From the IMG/VR virus record IMGVR_UViG_3300044946_000048, positions 1 through 64,000 of that record: 64,000 nucleotides of DNA. One strand, 5' to 3'. The notes below the pieces were generated by a model, which made no database searches, had not been told where the DNA came from, and saw only the letters and a program-made list of their open reading frames with translations. Positions 63,905 to 64,000 of this stretch are shown here, in pieces. The stretch is from a virus. The position numbers and the translations under genes are program-made. Positions within the stretch are counted from its first letter, which is position 1. Every line of letters starts with the position of its first letter.

Positions 63905-64000
63905 ATGAAGTTAAACAAAGCCACGCAGTTTGCACTAACGAAGTTTACTCACGAAGGCGCACCAGCCTATCGACACACGAATGCAGCCCAGGACCTGAGC
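63905..64000 (+). CDS. Ro60/TROVE-domain protein, 5' fragment
   Basis: GAGG RBS; MKLNK...FTHEGAPA...AAQDL resembles the N-terminus of bacterial TROVE proteins; directly downstream of a YrlA-type RNA. Confidence 0.65.
   Translation, partial: MKLNKATQFALTKFTHEGAPAYRHTNAAQDLS

Overview
This window is part of a large dsDNA tailed-phage genome with two divergent arms separated by a repeat-rich non-coding block (~31250-32250). The minus-strand arm carries virion genes: TerL, portal, scaffold, adaptor/tail proteins and a major capsid gene split by two group I introns, one of which encodes a LAGLIDADG endonuclease. It also carries free-standing HNH/endoVII endonucleases and an array of 35 tRNAs covering all 20 amino acids. 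The plus-strand arm carries small early genes and replication or nucleotide genes: dNMP kinase, HD hydrolase, two DEDD exonucleases, GroES, SSB, a split-frame C5 methyltransferase, primase-polymerase, ThyX, class II RNR, glycosyltransferase, MazG-like proteins, PolA, UvrD and a PD-(D/E)XK nuclease. The main finding is a large non-coding RNA repertoire. (1) Seven copies of a covarying twin-hairpin kissing-loop element hide the RBS of unrelated homing endonuclease genes or their remnants. (2) A phage-encoded RNase P RNA has an atypical specificity domain. (3) Four Y-RNA-like molecules share one scaffold but carry different inserted domains, two of them just upstream of a probable Ro60/TROVE gene. 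(4) Several non-tRNA structured units sit in the tRNA array. (5) A phage-specific promoter-like motif (GCGAGGGTATA) occurs four times. All calls come from manual reading of the sequence; no database searches or folding programs were run.
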